DNA of 64,000 nucleotides from Candidatus Parvarchaeum sp. (GTDB lineage Archaea; Nanobdellota; Nanobdellia; Pacearchaeales; GW2011-AR1): NCBI GenBank assembly GCA_020724955.1, contig DYFY01000005.1, positions 452 to 64,451 of the forward strand, read 5' to 3'. Shown piece by piece: positions 63,161 to 64,000 of this stretch (position 1 is its first letter; each line of letters starts with the position of its first letter). The notes under the pieces were generated by a model. It saw only the letters and a program-made list of their open reading frames with translations, ran no database searches and was not told where the DNA came from. The position numbers and the translations under genes were made by a program.

Positions 63161-63787
63161 TTAAGGAACTCGCCTCTTCAGCTTGATGATGTTTTTTTGG
63201 CCAGACTTCTGTTTTTTTATTTTTATTACCTTTGCTTTTTTTATTGTTTTTAGAAGAGCATGCAGTTCTTCCAAATCTTCAGGCTTTGCTTCCATCCTTG
63301 GCGAGTTGATGCTTAAGGGTTTGTCATAAATTGGAATTACATTTATTATTGCTTCTCCGAATGCGAATTGGGTTTGAATTTCACAAGATTTTGACTTTAG
63401 CTTGGAGGAAATTTTTTTAGCTATTTTTTTGGCCAGACTAAATGCTTGTGCCGGGAGCGCTTTTGAATCGGTAACAGGAGTTTTAGGGATTATTATTGTG
63501 TGCCCTCTTGAGATTGGCTTTATGTCGAGGACTGCGATGGCATTTTGATTTTCGTCAAGCTTTTTTGAGGGGATTTGACCTGAAACTATTGCCCGGTATA
63601 TTTCAGTGGTGTTTGGGGAAGCAGAGGACTGCCGAGCCTGCTGTTCAAGAAGCATGGTTTCTATTGCTTCATCGGACATTGAATCTATTTGTTGTTGGGC
63701 AGCTTCTCTCTGCTCTTCAGGAAGATGCTGAATCTGCTCTGAAAGCTGTCTTTTTAATTCTGCAATTTGCTCTTTTGTGAGTGGCAT
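63161..63787 (-). CDS. HIT-like protein lacking the histidine triad, with a Q/E-rich N-terminal extension
   Basis: AVLDIKPISRGHTIIIP matches the HIT N-terminal half. The triad position reads FGEAIINVIPIY and has no His. Confidence 0.55.
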   Translation of the reverse strand: MPLTKEQIAELKRQLSEQIQHLPEEQREAAQQQIDSMSDEAIETMLLEQQARQSSASPNTTEIYRAIVSGQIPSKKLDENQNAIAVLDIKPISRGHTIIIPKTPVTDSKALPAQAFSLAKKIAKKISSKLKSKSCEIQTQFAFGEAIINVIPIYDKPLSINSPRMEAKPEDLEELHALLKTIKKAKVIKIKKQKSGQKNIIKLKRRVP

Positions 63788-63811
63788 GATTGAAGGAAAA
63801 TAATAATCTAT

Positions 63812-63994
63812 TTATGTTTTTTTATATAAATGTCTTATTAATATGAAAGTTAGTCCATTTATTAAACCAGCAACTAAACCTATACCGAAGCTAAGACCTA
63901 TCCCTGAAATATTACGTTTTTTCAAGTCATACGTGCCTAAGGTAAATACTATCCTTGCCCCTATATCCGTTTCAGTATTCTCACCAACAATCAT
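63812..63994 (-). CDS. Small membrane protein
   Basis: 60 aa with a C-terminal TM helix. Close to the window end. Confidence 0.3.
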   Translation of the reverse strand: MIVGENTETDIGARIVFTLGTYDLKKRNISGIGLSFGIGLVAGLINGLTFILIRHLYKKT

Positions 63995-64000
63995 TATTTC

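Overview
The window looks like a visibly AT-rich, gene-dense archaeal chromosome segment. No composition statistics were computed. The gene content points to a small-genome, probably DPANN-like, archaeon. It includes Orc1/Cdc6 and both PolD subunits in one overlapping operon next to an origin-like repeat/AT-rich region. It also includes archaeal-type TyrRS, a RecJ/GAN-like DHH protein, a split Hef (helicase and ERCC4 nuclease as separate genes), Lhr and XPD-like helicases, a DRG GTPase and PRC-barrel proteins. Accessory content is rich. There is a large type IV pilus-like locus (48.8-62.4 kb) with a FlaI/VirB11-like ATPase, a FlaJ/TadC-like platform, an A24 prepilin peptidase and about 11 ORFs with class III (prepilin) signal peptides. 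There are two paralogous wHTH-MNT/HEPN pairs, one VapBC pair and one MazEF-like pair. A family of three paralogous membrane proteins sits around an NTase and an AAA ATPase. No rRNA, tRNA, CRISPR array, integrase or transposase was recognised. Three observations seem most worth following up. (1) An uncharacterised ORF between the Lhr helicase and its partner metallophosphoesterase carries, in order, the H / Y / E motifs of diphtheria-toxin/exotoxin-A-type ADP-ribosyltransferases. (2) A repeat-saturated locus at 13.9-16.4 kb has perfect CAGCTG-core palindromes that run from an intergenic array into the coding sequence of a coiled-coil wHTH protein. Its paralog carries an ORB-like palindrome inside its own coding sequence. 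(3) Conserved non-coding repeats of 154 bp and 63 bp are dispersed across the window. All functional calls rest on motif recognition by eye and on recalled family knowledge. No database search was run.
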